In this document: piece by piece, positions 26,076 to 39,799 of the stretch | How the letters are laid out: every line of letters starts with the position of its first letter | Numbering within the stretch: the first letter of the stretch is position 1 | Assembly (NCBI GenBank): GCA_013265495.1 | Contig: MU058636.1 | Location: 5,429,741-5,493,740, forward strand | Reading direction: 5' to 3' | Source of the DNA: Vicugna vicugna | Lineage: Eukaryota | Length of the DNA stretch: 64,000 nt | The notes under the pieces: model-generated | Seen by the model: the letters and a program-made list of their open reading frames with translations, nothing else | Told to the model about the DNA's origin: nothing | The model's database searches: none | Translations under genes and position numbers: made by a program

Positions 26076-27040
26076 TTAGGTAATCCCCCAACTCATTTAA
26101 TTCTTAAGGATTAAGTCACACTACTTCTTACCTAGTTAAAATATACACCAGGTTTTAAATATAAATTTGCCTAAACTCAAAACCACCCCTTTTAATAGCA
26201 TCTTTCGCACTTGTTTGCAAGGAAAGAGAAAGGGCAGATTTCCAGCTGTGGTGCTAGGAACTGCCCTCCCTGCTGCAGCTCACGTGGGCGACCTCTGTCG
26301 ACACCTCCAGTTGCTGGGATTCGTTTACTTTGGTTTCACTTCGCTGTCCTCCATGTTTTATAGGGACTTTATCAAATCCAAGGCCCAGAGCAGCACAAAC
26401 ATCCACTTTGGTCTATTACTACTGAACAAAGGGTGAAAACTGACTTCAAAACATGGCAGACCCCTTCCTAAGAGCAAGTCTGGACACTGTCCGAGGCCCA
26501 GGGCTCACTTAGCCTCCCGAACCGCCAACAGCCAGTGGAATCATTCACATGCTCTCATGTATGAATTTTGTATGTCGGCCCATATCCAGATATTAGGGCA
26601 CATTTCTATCTATAATTGATAATCTAAATTTACCTTACCAATACATTTATAAAATAGTTCATGCATTTGGTTTTGAGACTCTCCATAGCATAATATCTTG
26701 GTAAACAAGATTTTTTTTTTCCTTGAAAATATAGATACTTCCTGAATGGAGAATCAGGAATTTCCAGGAAATCTGGTACCTCAAAGCAAGTTAAGACTTC
26801 CTCCTCTGAACTCCCAAGCAGAATCCTGTATATTTTTTATTAGGGTATGTCCATGATATAATTATTGAAATTCACATTTGTCTGCTCTGCAAATCCCTGC
26901 AGGGCAATAACTATGATCTTGTCAACTTTCAATTTACAGTCTCCAAAGAAAATTCTGGCCCATAGCACTCAAGAGGTACTTGTAAAAGGAATGAATGCAG
27001 GGATAGATCCACTTGTACCTAAGTATTTCTTTGTTTAGAT

Positions 27041-27260
27041 CCCTGGTTCTCAATCGATGGTGACTTTGCTCACCTAGGAACACTAGAAGACTCATCAGAC
27101 ATTTCAAGTTTTGTTTCTCAACTTTGGGGGGAGGACTCTTCTGGTATCTAGAAGGTAGAAACCACAGATGCCTCTTAACATCCTACAGTGCACAGGACAG
27201 CCCCACAAAAAGACTCTTCTGGCCCCAAAATGCCAATAGTGCTGAGTCTGAGAAACTCTG
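27041..27260 (+). mobile_element. MER20 (hAT-Charlie), full length
   Basis: tggttctcaa...aacatcctacagtgcacaggacagcccc...aaaatgccaatagtgctgagtctgagaaactctg; degenerate 8-bp TSD gtttagat/atttagac. Confidence 0.85.
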
Positions 27261-28517
27261 ATTTAGACACAGAATATCTACAAAAATTCCAGAAGCAGAG
27301 ATCTGAGAAATAAGCCAGACCCCCTGGTAGGAAAAATGCTGTGGCATCCAGTCATATCATTTACAGAAAATATTCCCCAGAAACACAAACCAAATTGGAG
27401 CTCACAGGTGGTCAGTTTCATCTCCTAGCTCATTTTTGTTCTCCCAACATAAGCCTCAACCCAATAACGTCTTTGGACTTTCAGAAGTCAGCACTTGTAT
27501 GCTGACCCATAGCCCAGAATAACCCAAAGAACGAGACTTTCATTTAATCACAGTGGCATTATTTTTTACTGTGAGGCATGGCTCATAATACTCAATTCAG
27601 CTAAAAGGGAAAGATATGAACCATTTGAGATGATTGGCAGGAGAAAACTCTAAAAATGCTCCAGCACAAAAGGGGATTAAAATGTCACAGGCAATTTTTT
27701 TCTTGAAAATGGAATGGCTTTATGAATGCTTCATTCTTCCCAGAACAGTTAGAACACTGTATGTGTGGGCTGGGCCTCCTGAGTTCGGAAGGCAGGCCGC
27801 TTGTCCTTTGTTCTGCTGCTCGCCCCTCAAAGGCTTTCCCTGGTGAACGTGGGCCCATGAGCAGTGACAAGATAGACGCGCAGGAAGCTGCATCTAAGGG
27901 AGTAATATGGGTTGAATTCATCCTCTCTTTTGAACTGAGGAGACTGCCTCAAGCTGGGAAGCCAGAGACTGAGCAGAGATGGCTGAGTCTCTCACCGCTG
28001 ATGGATCCCATTTGCTGACATTTTAACCATCACTTCTTACCTGAAGACTCATTTGTCCAAGGCAAGGTGAAGCCAGCTCCTGCTCTGACATGGAATGCCA
28101 AGTGATGAATGGGACCACCAGAGAGGGTAGCTCCCAGCCACTCTGCATTGGGTGGCATTAATCAGGTGTCCCGTCTGCCTGTAGCCTACATTTGCCAGAC
28201 ACCCTGTGCTGTTTTCTCTCTGGTTACCAGTGAGCACAGGGCCGGAGCAGGATGCTGGTGGCACTGGGCCATAGCTACAGTTTTCAGCTTGCCTCTTAGA
28301 TGTGATGGGGGCTCTTGGGGGGGGGCGGTGTGCGGCAGTAATGAGTGTTTCTTTTCTGACAATCTGCAGATGATCCAAACTTTCTAAGGTTTAGATTAAT
28401 TTCCTGTTGGCATGTTAGAAGGATGAGAAAACAATTATCTCCAAAATTACAAGTAATTTAGCTGTTTGCTTGTCATAGTAAGATAAGATCTTATTGCCCT
28501 CCCACAACACACCCAGA

Positions 28518-28518
<1 letters not shown>

Positions 28519-28552
<34 letters not shown>
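28519..28552 (+). repeat. (CA)17 microsatellite
   Basis: Direct reading. Confidence 0.97.
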
Positions 28553-28555
<3 letters not shown>

Positions 28556-28874
28556 AGACACTTACACACACACAGAGGCATGCTGTGCTCCAGTTTTTCA
28601 GTTGTTATTTATAAGTCTCTCTCTAGAGCACAATTCCCACCCACGCCTTAACCCATAGTCCTCACTATGCCTGTGGAACACTGCACCCACCTCCCAAAGG
28701 GCAAAGGGACAGGGGGCACAATGCCCCTCACGGTGATTTGTGCTCATTATGGCAGGAGGTGTGGTGCACCTCACGCTGCCCGAGACATGAGAAAATGGAG
28801 TACAACCACTTCCCCCTCCAAGTTCACTCTCTCTAGGCAGGTGCCAGGCCAGCAGAGGCACCAAGAAGTAACAA

Positions 28875-29010
28875 CATGAGTTTGAAGATCTCAAGATGAG
28901 TCTGAATTCTGGCTCAGCCATCACTTACTAGTTGTGGAATCTTGAGCAAGTCCTTAGCTCCTCTGGGGCCCAGTTTCCTCACTGTTAGAAGGGGGATTAT
29001 AAAACTCTCT
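28875..29010 (+). mobile_element. MIR
   Basis: tgaattctggctcagccatcacttactagttgtggaatcttgagcaagtc...cagtttcctcactgt. Confidence 0.75.
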
Positions 29011-29016
29011 GTAAAC

Positions 29017-29239
29017 CAGGGCCTCCCAGAAGTGGCAGTATAGACATTCTGGGCAGCTAATTCTATGTGTGAGAGGCTATCCCGTGCATCGCAGAATGTT
29101 TAGCAGCATCCCCAGCTTCTATCTATTGGAAGCTGCTAGCACCCACCTCCCTGCCCCACCAGTTGTGATAATCAAAAATATCTCCAGAGATTTCCAGTTG
29201 TCCCTGGAGGGTAAAACTGCCCTGGTTTGAGAACCATTG
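29017..29239 (-). mobile_element. MER20
   Basis: gtgcatcgcagaatgtttagcagcatcccc...ccagttgtgataatcaaaaatatctccaga...ttgagaaccattg. Confidence 0.85.
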
Positions 29240-29784
29240 TTTTATATATATATATTTTTAAAAAGCCCATCTTCTTTACTTTTTTTAATAAAACAGCACC
29301 CAGATACTTAACTTCTATCCCTAAGGATTCAGGGTAACAATTTTAAAAAGTAGCTGTGAGTAAAATGAGAGAACTTGGAGTTCTCATCTCTGGAAAACTG
29401 GGTTTGGGATAAAACTGAGAACCGTCTGACTTCACTTGGAGATTCTTCTCCAGCCCTAAACCTTGGAGACTCTAGATTTTGTTCTAATCCTGGGCAAGGA
29501 GTAGGAGTGGAAGCATATTCTCCTTTGCACAGGGTTATGGGACTTAAACAAGTTAATGTATGTTCAGAACAATGCCTGTAACTACTGGTACAATCACAAC
29601 CAAAGAATGAGCGCAATGCACACAGGAATATCATGGAGGCACCCTCTGCACACCTGGTGGCAAAACCACTGCATGAGGGTTCCAGCTGTACAATTCAGAG
29701 GAATGAATCAAAGGCCAGCCACGTGCCGGCAAGAATGGAAGAAACCCAGGATTATCAAATGTGTCAAACACATCTTACTGGAGT

Positions 29785-30272
29785 TACATCTGTGAATTAT
29801 TTGGCCCTTCTCCCACTGAGGAATGGGCCAATGTTGCCTTCCCTTGTACCTGGGCAGAACTTTATGACTATGTTGGCCAATAGAATAGAGCAAAAGAGAC
29901 CCTCTACAACCTCCAGGGGTATCGCCTGGCCCATCCTTGGAAGGCAGCCTCCATGCTGGGAGGAAGCCCAAGCAGAGAGGACACAGGTGGGTGTTCCAGC
30001 TGCAGCCACTGCTGAGGCCCCATGTGGCAGGCAGCACGAACTGCCAGTCCCAGGAGTGAATGAGGTTTTGGATGATTCCAGGGCTCAGTCATTGACACAT
30101 CCCCAGCCTTCAAGTTTTTTCCAGCTAAAGTCATAGTTATCATGGAGCAGACACAAGCCATTTCTACTGTATCTTTTCTGAATCCCTGACCCGCAGAACC
30201 CATGAGCATGATAATGGTGTTTAATGCCACTAAGTTTGGGGTGGTTTGTTACACAGCAGCAGTAACTGAACA
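29785..30272 (+). mobile_element. MaLR solo LTR (MLT1G/F-like)
   Basis: ggccaatagaat...gaggaagcccaagc...ctgaatccctgacccgcagaacccatgagc...gccactaagtttggggtggtttgttacacagcagcagtaactgaaca. Confidence 0.85.
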
Positions 30273-30674
30273 TACCTCCAGGAGTTCAGTCACCACTGCT
30301 CACCGAATGCATTCCCTGGGGAAATTGGGTTTTGTAGAATTAGCCCAGCCAAAGGGAGGTTGCATTAGAAACAGTCAGAGAATGGGTCTGCCTTGGGCAA
30401 AGTGAGGAGTTGAAGGTCACACTCGTCGCCAGTGCTATCTAGAAGTCTGTCATGATACTTAGGAGTTGCACAGCTTATGATTTGTCTCATGCCCCCCATG
30501 TACAGAGCAGCTAGATCAGCAGGAAAGGGACAATTAGATTTATGTGTAAGTATCAGACAAGAGCATTAAATGTGGTCCGTAAAAGAAGGACTCTCCCTTG
30601 GGAAGCCATGAACCTTTAAGAACTGGTTACTGGATCAGGAGCAGCCTGCCACAGAGCAGGCTGGCACTGACCAA

Positions 30675-30730
30675 GACTGCGGGCAGTGACCTTGACTGTG
30701 GGCAGTGACTTCGACTGTGGGCAGTGACCT
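30675..30730 (+). repeat. 19-bp minisatellite, about 3 copies (GACTGYGGGCAGTGACYTY)
   Basis: gactgcgggcagtgacctt gactgtgggcagtgacttc gactgtgggcagtgacct. Confidence 0.92.
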
Positions 30731-32039
30731 CTGTTTTTTGCTTCTTGAGGGAGATCATAGGAATAAATGTGACCATGACCTGCCAAGAAGATAGACTTTT
30801 TCTGACTCACCATGACCTTTTGCCCATTTTGATGTCTAGAGATAGCCATCTTGATAAAGAAATATAAAAGTAGACTGGACTTGAGGGAGATGGTGAAAAA
30901 CTGTTTTCTAAACAGGAGTCAAGAGACTAGAGTATGTTGAGAAAATAGCAGAATGTGTGCAAGGTGCTTTGGAGCACAGTGGAAAATTCAGTATCATTTG
31001 CACATTATCCGGGAAAGCACACACAAACTCTGTCCTCTGGAGGCCCTTTAGGCATCTCATTTAATTGGAATTTAACCTGTAGCTAGATTCAGAATATGAA
31101 CTACAATTCAGGAAAAGAAGTAAAAGTTTATATTAATAGCCCTCATAAAAAAGTTTATGAGTATTTTTTATTCAGTACCAGTGGGGCGCCTGCCTGAGGC
31201 AAATATGTGCGATTTCATACTTCATAAAATATTTAAACATCTTTAAATTACTCCTGGAACAGTTCACATTTGAAATTCTCTTTTTTGATTAAATAATGAC
31301 TAGCTGCTTAAGAACTTGGTATAAAACAACAAGGACACGTGTCCTATAGGGACATGTGTTTATTGTATTTCTCTACAAATCTTCTGGTTTCAAACGATTT
31401 TAGCCAGTTGGCTCAATGTAACTAGTGTTTTGATTTATTCACATCTCTAAAATCAGGTACTACATTATATTTGTATTTAGGTACATAATACTTTTAGAAA
31501 AGACTTTGAAATATGAAATCATTTGAGCCAATTTGTAATGTCTAGGGGCTTAAAATTTAAATCTCCTTAACACATATTAAATTCATTTAATATTAGTATT
31601 TAATTTTATTTATTCCTTACCAATAAATTTTTAAAGGGATCATGCCCAAAGCAGAAGGAAAATGTGTATAGTTCCATCAGGTAATTTAATTACAATCCAG
31701 GGAAACCTGCAGTAAGGTGACCCAGAATTTACCGACTGAGAATTACTGATAACACAAATCACCAGATGAGTGTCTCTAAGTAGAATGAAAATCTCTAGTA
31801 GAGGGTACAGTAAGAAATTCAAATTAATGAATTCTTACCACAGTGAGTAGGGAAAAGGTATGAGGAGATAAATTAGTAATTGGAAGCATTAAAGTTTTCA
31901 AAGCATATAAATATTTTGCCATTCTATGTTTATCATTTCTTTATTGCCACAGTTAAAATTCTCATCCCCTGAGATTTTCTTTTTTTTGCATGGTCATTAT
32001 AGCAGCAGAAACTACAACTATAAGGGGAAGGCTTGAGCT

Positions 32040-32255
32040 GTGGAAGAAGACAGACTTGGAGTCAGATAGCCCTGGGTTCAAGTCCTGCTAGTTATTTGGG
32101 TTTCACTTGAACAAGTAACTTTAACCTTTCTGGGCCTCAATTTCTTAGCCTTTAAAATGGGAACACCAATGGTACCTACTATTATGAGGACTGAAAGAGA
32201 CAATCATTTATCATGTTTAGACAGGGCCTGGACAAAACACATGCTCAAAGCTTGT
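32040..32255 (+). mobile_element. MIR
   Basis: ttggagtcagatagccctgggttcaagtcct...aacaagtaactttaacctttctgggcctcaatttc...taaaatggg. Confidence 0.8.
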
Positions 32256-32299
32256 TACTCTCGCTCTACCTTCAGTCTGACTACTTCAAGCCCCTGTTC

Positions 32300-32830
32300 A
32301 CCTCTTTATCTTTCTAAACTACTGTTTTCATCCTATTACTTCTCAAAGACCCTCAGTAGCTCCCCATTACCTATCAAAGAAATTTCAAATTCCTGCAGTC
32401 TGGCCTCAAACTTCTTTTTCAACCTTATCATCTCACTTCCTATAACCACAAGTTTCACCAAATTTGGACTACGTTCTTAATTACCTAAATCATACTTTTC
32501 ATGCTTTCTGTTGCCCTGACTAGAATAGGTTGCGCCGAACTTTGCCCAGTGGAAGCACCACCACTTTCCATAGCTCCGGCCCAATAACTTTTCTTCCTTA
32601 CCTTACTGTCCTGCTGACAACGCACTCTTTTTATGAACGCCTGTGTTTTGATAACCTGTTAGTCATGGAACCATGCACTCTCCTGAATTGTCGGTACTGA
32701 TGATAGTTTATATGTCTTATCTCACTTAATTGTAATCTCCCTGAGGGCAGTGATCACGTTTTACATAATTCTGGATCATACTCAATACCAGCCAAGATCT
32801 TACAATCGACTTTGAACAATTATTCATTGA
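32300..32830 (+). mobile_element. L2 3' region (degraded)
   Basis: ctcaaagaccctcagtagctccccattacct...attgtaatctccctgagggcag. Confidence 0.55.
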
Positions 32831-33389
32831 AATATTGACTAGGTTAGGTTCTCCACTAGTATAACTGAAGCAGAAGAATGGTATTATTCACTCCTAAAAT
32901 GTAGCCTCTCTTAAATATCTGTGTTAGTTATTGCTATGTCTAAAGTTGACTTCATGAGAAATTCACCACCGTCCTAGTCCTTCCAGGGGGAGCACTAAGG
33001 CCAGCGCAGCAGTGTTAGTGCAGAGGGAAGCTCCCTGTGAATGATGGGCCCTGCCTTCTCCAGAACATAGGAGAGCAGCGATGCACTTTTCACCAGACGT
33101 GGGGAGTTCCATGTTCTTGGATGACGGGACATGAGTTAATGGAGAATCTAAGGAAGACACATGGCAAACTGATGGGGCAAAAATGATCGAAGACTTAACT
33201 CTGTGATTCCCCAGACAGTTAGTAAGAATCAGCCCTAAGTAATACCAGGCATGGATGCTTTCTGCTGAAGGGATGGAAGCTGAAGCAATAAAACACCGAA
33301 ACACCAAAACAGCAACAAACTAACAGCTAAAGCCAGAACCAGACCCCTGCCATCCTGCCTCCGCTCTCCCTGCACGGGTGTCGTCACCA

Positions 33390-33530
33390 CACTGTCAACT
33401 CTCTGCAGCATGCGTTTAAAGTCCCCATTGAACTGTGTTTCGATGTGTGTTTATGCCCCAAGACCTTACAGCACTGGCACAGAGTACATACTGAAGAAGT
33501 GACTTTGTGAGTGAGCAAGAGAATGAATGA
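33390..33530 (+). mobile_element. L2 3' end
   Basis: cactggcacagagtaca...gtgagtgagcaagagaatgaatga. Confidence 0.5.
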
Positions 33531-34344
33531 CTATGTCTCTCTATGCATCAAACACGGAAAAACAATGAATAAATGGACTTCATTTTCTGTTAGCCAGCTG
33601 AGTGGGTTACAACAAACTTGAGATTCAACGTTTTGAGTTTAGCAAAACTTAGTAAAAACACTAGACTTAACAGGCTGTCTTTGAAAAGAAGCCAAGGGGA
33701 TCCTAGGCTTTGAAGATCTCTTTTCCGGCTACCTGTGTTCTCTCTTTTCTTCTAGGCTTTAGAGCAGGCTGTGTACTCAAGGGTGGGGTGAAGAGGGGAT
33801 AACGGGCTTCCTCTGGGCTTATCTCATGTCTATGAGACTAGTGCGGAGGATGTGTGATTAGTTCTCAACTGACTGCCCTGCTGAGGCAGATTATGTTTAA
33901 CGATTCGGTGCTTCATTTGGGGAAGTTAGACTTGAAAGATTAAGAGTCAGATATGTTTCCATCAACTTCATGCCAGCGTTGAAGTTCATACTCTGGACTT
34001 ATGGGAGTTGGTTTCATTAGTTTAAGGACTAAAAATACTTTCTATGATACCCAGAGTTTGACAGCTATCTGCTTTCAGAGGCAAATTTCATTTTATTAGG
34101 AAAATCCTTGTTTAAAATTGCATAGTTTCCAAGCTGCCCTAGTCATACATTTTCACCTCTAAGGAAACTTGAGACATTCTAATTTCAGATCCACTACCAT
34201 TCTTATCCTTTCTTAGCCTCTGCTTTATGTAATTATCCAAACTTGGGTATTTTTTATCTTCTCCACAAGGAGTTAATCCACAGCATGACGGACCACACTG
34301 TTGTGTTTCAGTGTCCTTTCTGTTTCCTTTTTAGATGAATGTAC

Positions 34345-34570
34345 ATTGAGCCCTGAGTAAGTGTTTGGCTCCGTGCTAGGCACTTTGCATGTGTGACGGT
34401 GCTTCATTCCACAACAATCCCAGGCTGTGGACATTATTATTTTCATCCCCACTTCAGATGAGGAAACAAGCTTTCAAAGGTCATACAACTTGCTCAAGAT
34501 CACACAGCCAATTTGTGCTGGAAGTAGGATTTGAACCCAGGTCCAGAGCACATGGAAACCCATGCTTTCA
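34345..34570 (-). mobile_element. MIR
   Basis: gtgctaggcactttgcat...cccacttcagatgaggaaac...ttgctcaagatcacacagc...ggatttgaacccaggtc. Confidence 0.85.
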
Positions 34571-36084
34571 TTCAATGCATATTTGCATCTGCAAACTACA
34601 AGTTTCAGAAAGTGCACAGCCTCCCAGAGTCAAAGTAAAGATGTCTGAGTCTTCCTCTGATAAATCAAGGATCTGAAGACTTCCTAACTCCCATGTCAAA
34701 TTATGAACATCAATCACAAAACATTATAATTTATTTAAATGACTGATCATTGAGCAAAGCCCGCTATAAATAAGTAGTGTGGTCTGCTAAGCCAAAGGCT
34801 GCAGAGAAATTCAGAGCATCACGAACCTGTGTCGGGTGGAGAGGCTAGTCTCATCCTCATAAGGAAGAAAGAAGACCATAAATTCTTAGGGGTCGGTTTT
34901 AGTGGAGTAAAGGCTTTGAGAAGCCATCATGTGCTTAGACTCTTCTCCATCAAACAAACTCTTTCCACTTTATTCATAAAGTTCCCCCTCAAATGCTACT
35001 GCACTCAAGACATCCAGCCTTTCCAAATAATAACTACATATATAGAGTGTTCAACAGTTTGCAAAGATTTTTCACACCAGTCTTGGCTTAGTAATTGCCC
35101 TTCCTTCTGGAATCTACCATCATCAGTATACTCCAACATCGAGAAAAAAACAAACAAAAACTGATATCAAAACTGTTGAACAAAACCCCAGCATCTTAAA
35201 GGGATATGTTTATAAAGTGTGTGCTCTTTCACCTTACTTTCCTAAGACTTTGCAGGCCAGGCTGTGCCAGGTAAGGACCCAGGAAAGCAGTGGGGATAAC
35301 CTTCCTTCATCAGATAGTCTGGGCAGGTGACATCAGGTTCCTACAGGCCTCTCAGACTCAGGTGTCCGCTGTGACCACAGTAAGTGCTTGTGGGCCTCCA
35401 GTGCGACAGTCACACTTGCTTAAAGGAGGACTGGTCCCGCTACCTATCGGCCTTGGTAGGAAGCCCAATTTACAGCGGCCATTCTTACCTTGGAAAGCAT
35501 ATGATCCATCACTTTGACTTGTTAAAGTCCCAGAGTCTATCACACAATATCTTTCACTTTAAAAAGCTGTATTCTGCTCATGATTATGGGAAAGTATTCT
35601 TAAGGGTGAAACAATATTCATTAGCTGAGTAAAAAAATACAAAGTAAAATTCTTGACACCTTAGAATGGCAGAAAAATAAGAGGGAAATCTGGAGTTTAA
35701 AATGACCCTAATTAATTACACAGATTCCCTCAGAGTGTATCAAATATATAAAAAGAAAATATAAACTAGAGCTAAGAATTACTATACTTTGTCGATTTGG
35801 GAACCAATTAAAAACAATTAAAAACAAGATCAAAGAGGGGCATATTATTCCCATATCCTCCGGAGGTGACATAATTATTAATTTATTCAAAGAAGAGGAG
35901 TAAGTGTGATGTTTTGTGTCCAACTGGGGACTTGGAAGAGCCGGGGCTGGCGTTGTACGGCTCCTGTGTTCAGGCCCAGAGATTCCCTAACAGGCACCCT
36001 GACCTCACCGAGCCATGTCAGAACTGAGGACGACACCCTGCATTTCACTTGATTCCACATCAGTTCTTTTTTCTCATAATAATA

Positions 36085-36215
36085 TCATTAATAGCAGGAG
36101 CTGGTATTATTCTCATTCGATAGATGAAGAAACTGAAGCACCGAGGGGTTAAAGAAAAACATCCATGGTCACCAGGTTAGAACTAAGGTGTCCCAGAGCC
36201 AGGGCTCCTGCCTTC
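36085..36215 (-). mobile_element. MIR fragment
   Basis: tattattctcattcgatagatgaagaaactgaagcaccgaggggttaa...ccatggtcac. Confidence 0.7.
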
Positions 36216-37409
36216 CAGTCCCCTAAAATCACCCTACAGGTCAGGTTTCTCTTTCCAGTGGAAACATCTATTCTACTCAAGACTCACATTGTTTCTTTGT
36301 TTCCAAGATTCATTTTCCCTGCAGAAGTTTTACAGCTGCATGTAATTCATTCATGTGCCCGGCTGTTTTATCCACGATTTCAGGTGCTTGTATTGAAGAA
36401 GTAGTTTATCTATACTATGGCTGGTTCTTTAAAAACCCAATTATTTGAGAAAATGTCAAATCATATGCAACCAAGCATCAAATAATTAACTTTTTCTCCC
36501 CTTAAAAAGTCTCTTCCCTGAGCACTCACACAGGCAGTCAGTTCATCAATCTCTTTATGTAAATAGCAGTCATGCAGCAAGGGAGGAGGTCTGTTTATTA
36601 TTTTTGATCCTGTTTTGGCTTCTGGCAAAATTTCACAAACAGCAGAAGTTGGCAGAACATTGATATTTTCTTCTGACGGGCTACTGTTCTCCAGCTACAA
36701 GTGCAGAGCACAACTATGACTATTCTGGTCTGTAGGCCTCAGCCATGACTGAGGTCAAAATTGCAAAATCTGGAAAAAAAAATCACCCAGAGCTTCTCTC
36801 CAGAAACAGAGACCATGGTTTAATACATGCTTTCCTTCCACTACAGAACTGATGAGTTGGAGATGCAGGGTCCAGAGCACACCACAGGTCTGACCTAATT
36901 CCCACCTGGATTCTCACCTGCAAAGGCCTGCCATGAAGACCACGTGAGCCGCTGAGCTCCGGGGCCCGATGAGTCCTGGGAAAACCTGGGGGCGTGTGGA
37001 CACTCCCCCCACCCCAGCACTTTCTAGGAAGAACGGAGGCATTTTGCAGGGTCGGAAGTAGGGAAAGGAGGTTGGGGTGGAGGAATTGACCTTTCCCTCT
37101 GTTATGTTTGTTCCTACCTAACCTGGCTAGATTGGTGCCCAAGGTCAAATGCTGCTGCCTTGATGTTGACTTTGGACAGAACATCCTCGATGAAGAGCAG
37201 CCAGCCCTCAAGAGGGCAGTGGGAGGGTAGTTAGTACAGAGGATGATGAAGAGGAGTTGCTGCTTATTTTGGAGGCAGAATGAAGTCCTCCAACAACGTG
37301 AAGGATGGTTGAGGAGGGGAGAGGACCAATCATGTCCAAAGGCATGAAGAAAACAAACAACATGTTTTGGTTCCAGGCAGACATGCTTACACAGTTATGA
37401 GGGTGATGG

Positions 37410-37700
37410 GGTTGTCAGTGGTGAAACACGTGGGCTTCCAAATCACACAGACTTGAGTTCGAAGCCCAGCTCTGCCACCTGCTTGCTGGGGTTCCTTGGG
37501 AAAGTTACTTAACTCTCTGAGCCTTTGTTTACTCACCTGAAAAATGAATATTGTAAGGCCTTGAGTATTAGGCCTCACTATGTATATTTTCCAGATTAGT
37601 AAACTCAAACTCTCGGGTCTTCATGGAAATGAAATAAAACGGCACTATATGCCGTCCTGCAAGCAGGCCCCGGGACATAACAGCGAGCCCTCAGTAAGCG
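37410..37700 (+). mobile_element. MIR
   Basis: cagacttgagttcgaagcccagctctgccac...ccttgggaaagttacttaactctctgagcct...tgaaaaatg. Confidence 0.8.
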
Positions 37701-39799
37701 CAGGTAGGAGGACACCGCCAGTGTCTTAAAATTTTTGTAAATGTTTCAAGTGCTAAAATTTGTGGCGCGAAATTTATAAAAAGTCGAATCGTCGATCCTC
37801 AGGCCTAGCTATTTGATCTGAATGCACAGAAACGTTAGCTATGTTGCCTTTCCATGACAAACCCCAGCTTTCACTTTCCTTTTCACTTGGGTGATCCGGT
37901 GGAAAGTTCTGTCCCGGCTTGGGCGGCAGGGCCTGCCTGCGCCTCTGGACAGGGCTGCACAGGCTCCAGCGGCCAGGAGGAAGCGTGACTGACAGTTAAT
38001 GAGCTGAAAAGAATCTGTCTCAGTTCCACGTTGTTCCCGCCTTACGGGACCAAGTAACAGGCGTCACAGAGTAGAAGGCGCAGTGTCCAGGGCCTTCTCT
38101 GCTAAAGTCACCGAAGATGGGAGAGGGGGACAAAGGGACAGGACAAACGTCACGTGAAACAGAAACAGAATGGCTCCGGCAGAAAGTGGACTGTAAAGCC
38201 GGAGCTATTTTACTCTACATGGAAGGGGGAAAGGAAAAAGTTGGACTCTGAAATCTCTGTTCTCCTGGGTAGTTAATGTTTGACAACCATATTGCTCACT
38301 GCCAGGCTTCCTTATTCGATCAAGCGAGTCTCTTCCTATCTCCAGAGGCCACGCAGGGAAATGTGCTTTTCCACACCACAAGACCAAGTGCAAACCGCTT
38401 CTGAAGAAATGACCTAGGAGAATGAGACTGCAAACATTTCGAAGTAGGAAAACCTGCATTTGTCATGGCGCTGAAAGGCAGATTCAAGGGAACAAAGCTC
38501 CCTAATCCAAGATGATTAGTGCTATCTTACACATGTATTCAAAAAGACAATGCATATGGAATTGCTCCACAGACTGTCACGCATTCTACCAATGAAGGAA
38601 CTACTATTATAATAGCTTTTTAGAGTTTCCAGGATGCCATATGCAGACATCCAATATTTTGTCCTATAAAACAAGGCTTTCACAAAGTTCAAGATTAGCA
38701 CTTAAGTTATGATATATAAAGACTGGACTACTGTTTCTATTCTTTTTGGGGGGGGAGGGGACCAAAATGGAGGAGACCCTAAGACTACATATATTCCATA
38801 AATAAAGGAAGCAAAAGAATCCTTGTTTATTTAGTCCATTTAGTCCAACTCTAAGAATAAATTTCAACAAATGTTACTGATCATATTCAGATGCAGTCTT
38901 TCATAGCTGAGGAATTCAGCAACTATGAACAATATTCCTCAATTAAAAGGGATGAAATCCTTAGAGGAAATGGGCAATGAAAGCTTCTTAAGTCATTTGT
39001 TTGAATTAGTTTGAGAAACAGAGTGCTTAGTTTTTAAACTGCCAACTGGGCATTAGAAGGTTGATTAACATTTCACAGCATTTCTTTTCTATGAACTCCT
39101 CTATGCAAAGACCACGATAATATCAGAAAGTTTCTACAAAATTAAGAAAAATCTCAAAGTTGACTTATCAGCTCGGGAAATCACACCATGTTGAGAAGGG
39201 AACTCAGATTTTATGGATAAAACCATCAGACATACAGATACAACCATCTATTACTGGTTAATGAGGCTTGTCTAGGGCCTGCCCCACCTCCCCCTTTGCC
39301 TTCCCTGGCCTTTCCCTCCAGCCTGATGAGAGCACAGCCCCCTTTCCTCCAGCACGGCTACCCTCTCTCAGCTCTGGAGTTTACCTCCAAGTCACTCCCA
39401 GGGCCAGGAACACTTCCTGCCTCTTTTATTGGCGGAAGGTGGAGATCAACAGACTCTGCTGTTTATCTTTATGAGTTGAAATGTGGCCTAAACCCACCAC
39501 TTCAGGTCAGTTCAGGGCAACTGAGAGAGTACCTGCTACACATAGGAAGCCACAGCTGGGAACAACAGTGGTTTTCATTACAGCTTAAGATAGAAAACAA
39601 GAAACAAAAAAGGAAAACAACAGAAAACCACCTCCTGTTTCAAATTTTACAGCACTTTTTGAGGACACAAAAAATGTGGCAATAGGTATGCCTGCCTTAG
39701 TAAACTTGGTATGTAGTACATAATTTACTCTTTACTTGCTGATTTAGTACCTCGAAGGGCTATATGTACATACATATATGTTTAATATAAATATATTTT

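Noticed and set aside
29633..30230. 167-aa ORF, the longest in the window, and overlapping ORFs
   Set aside because: Lie largely within an MLT1 LTR; no recognisable protein similarity.
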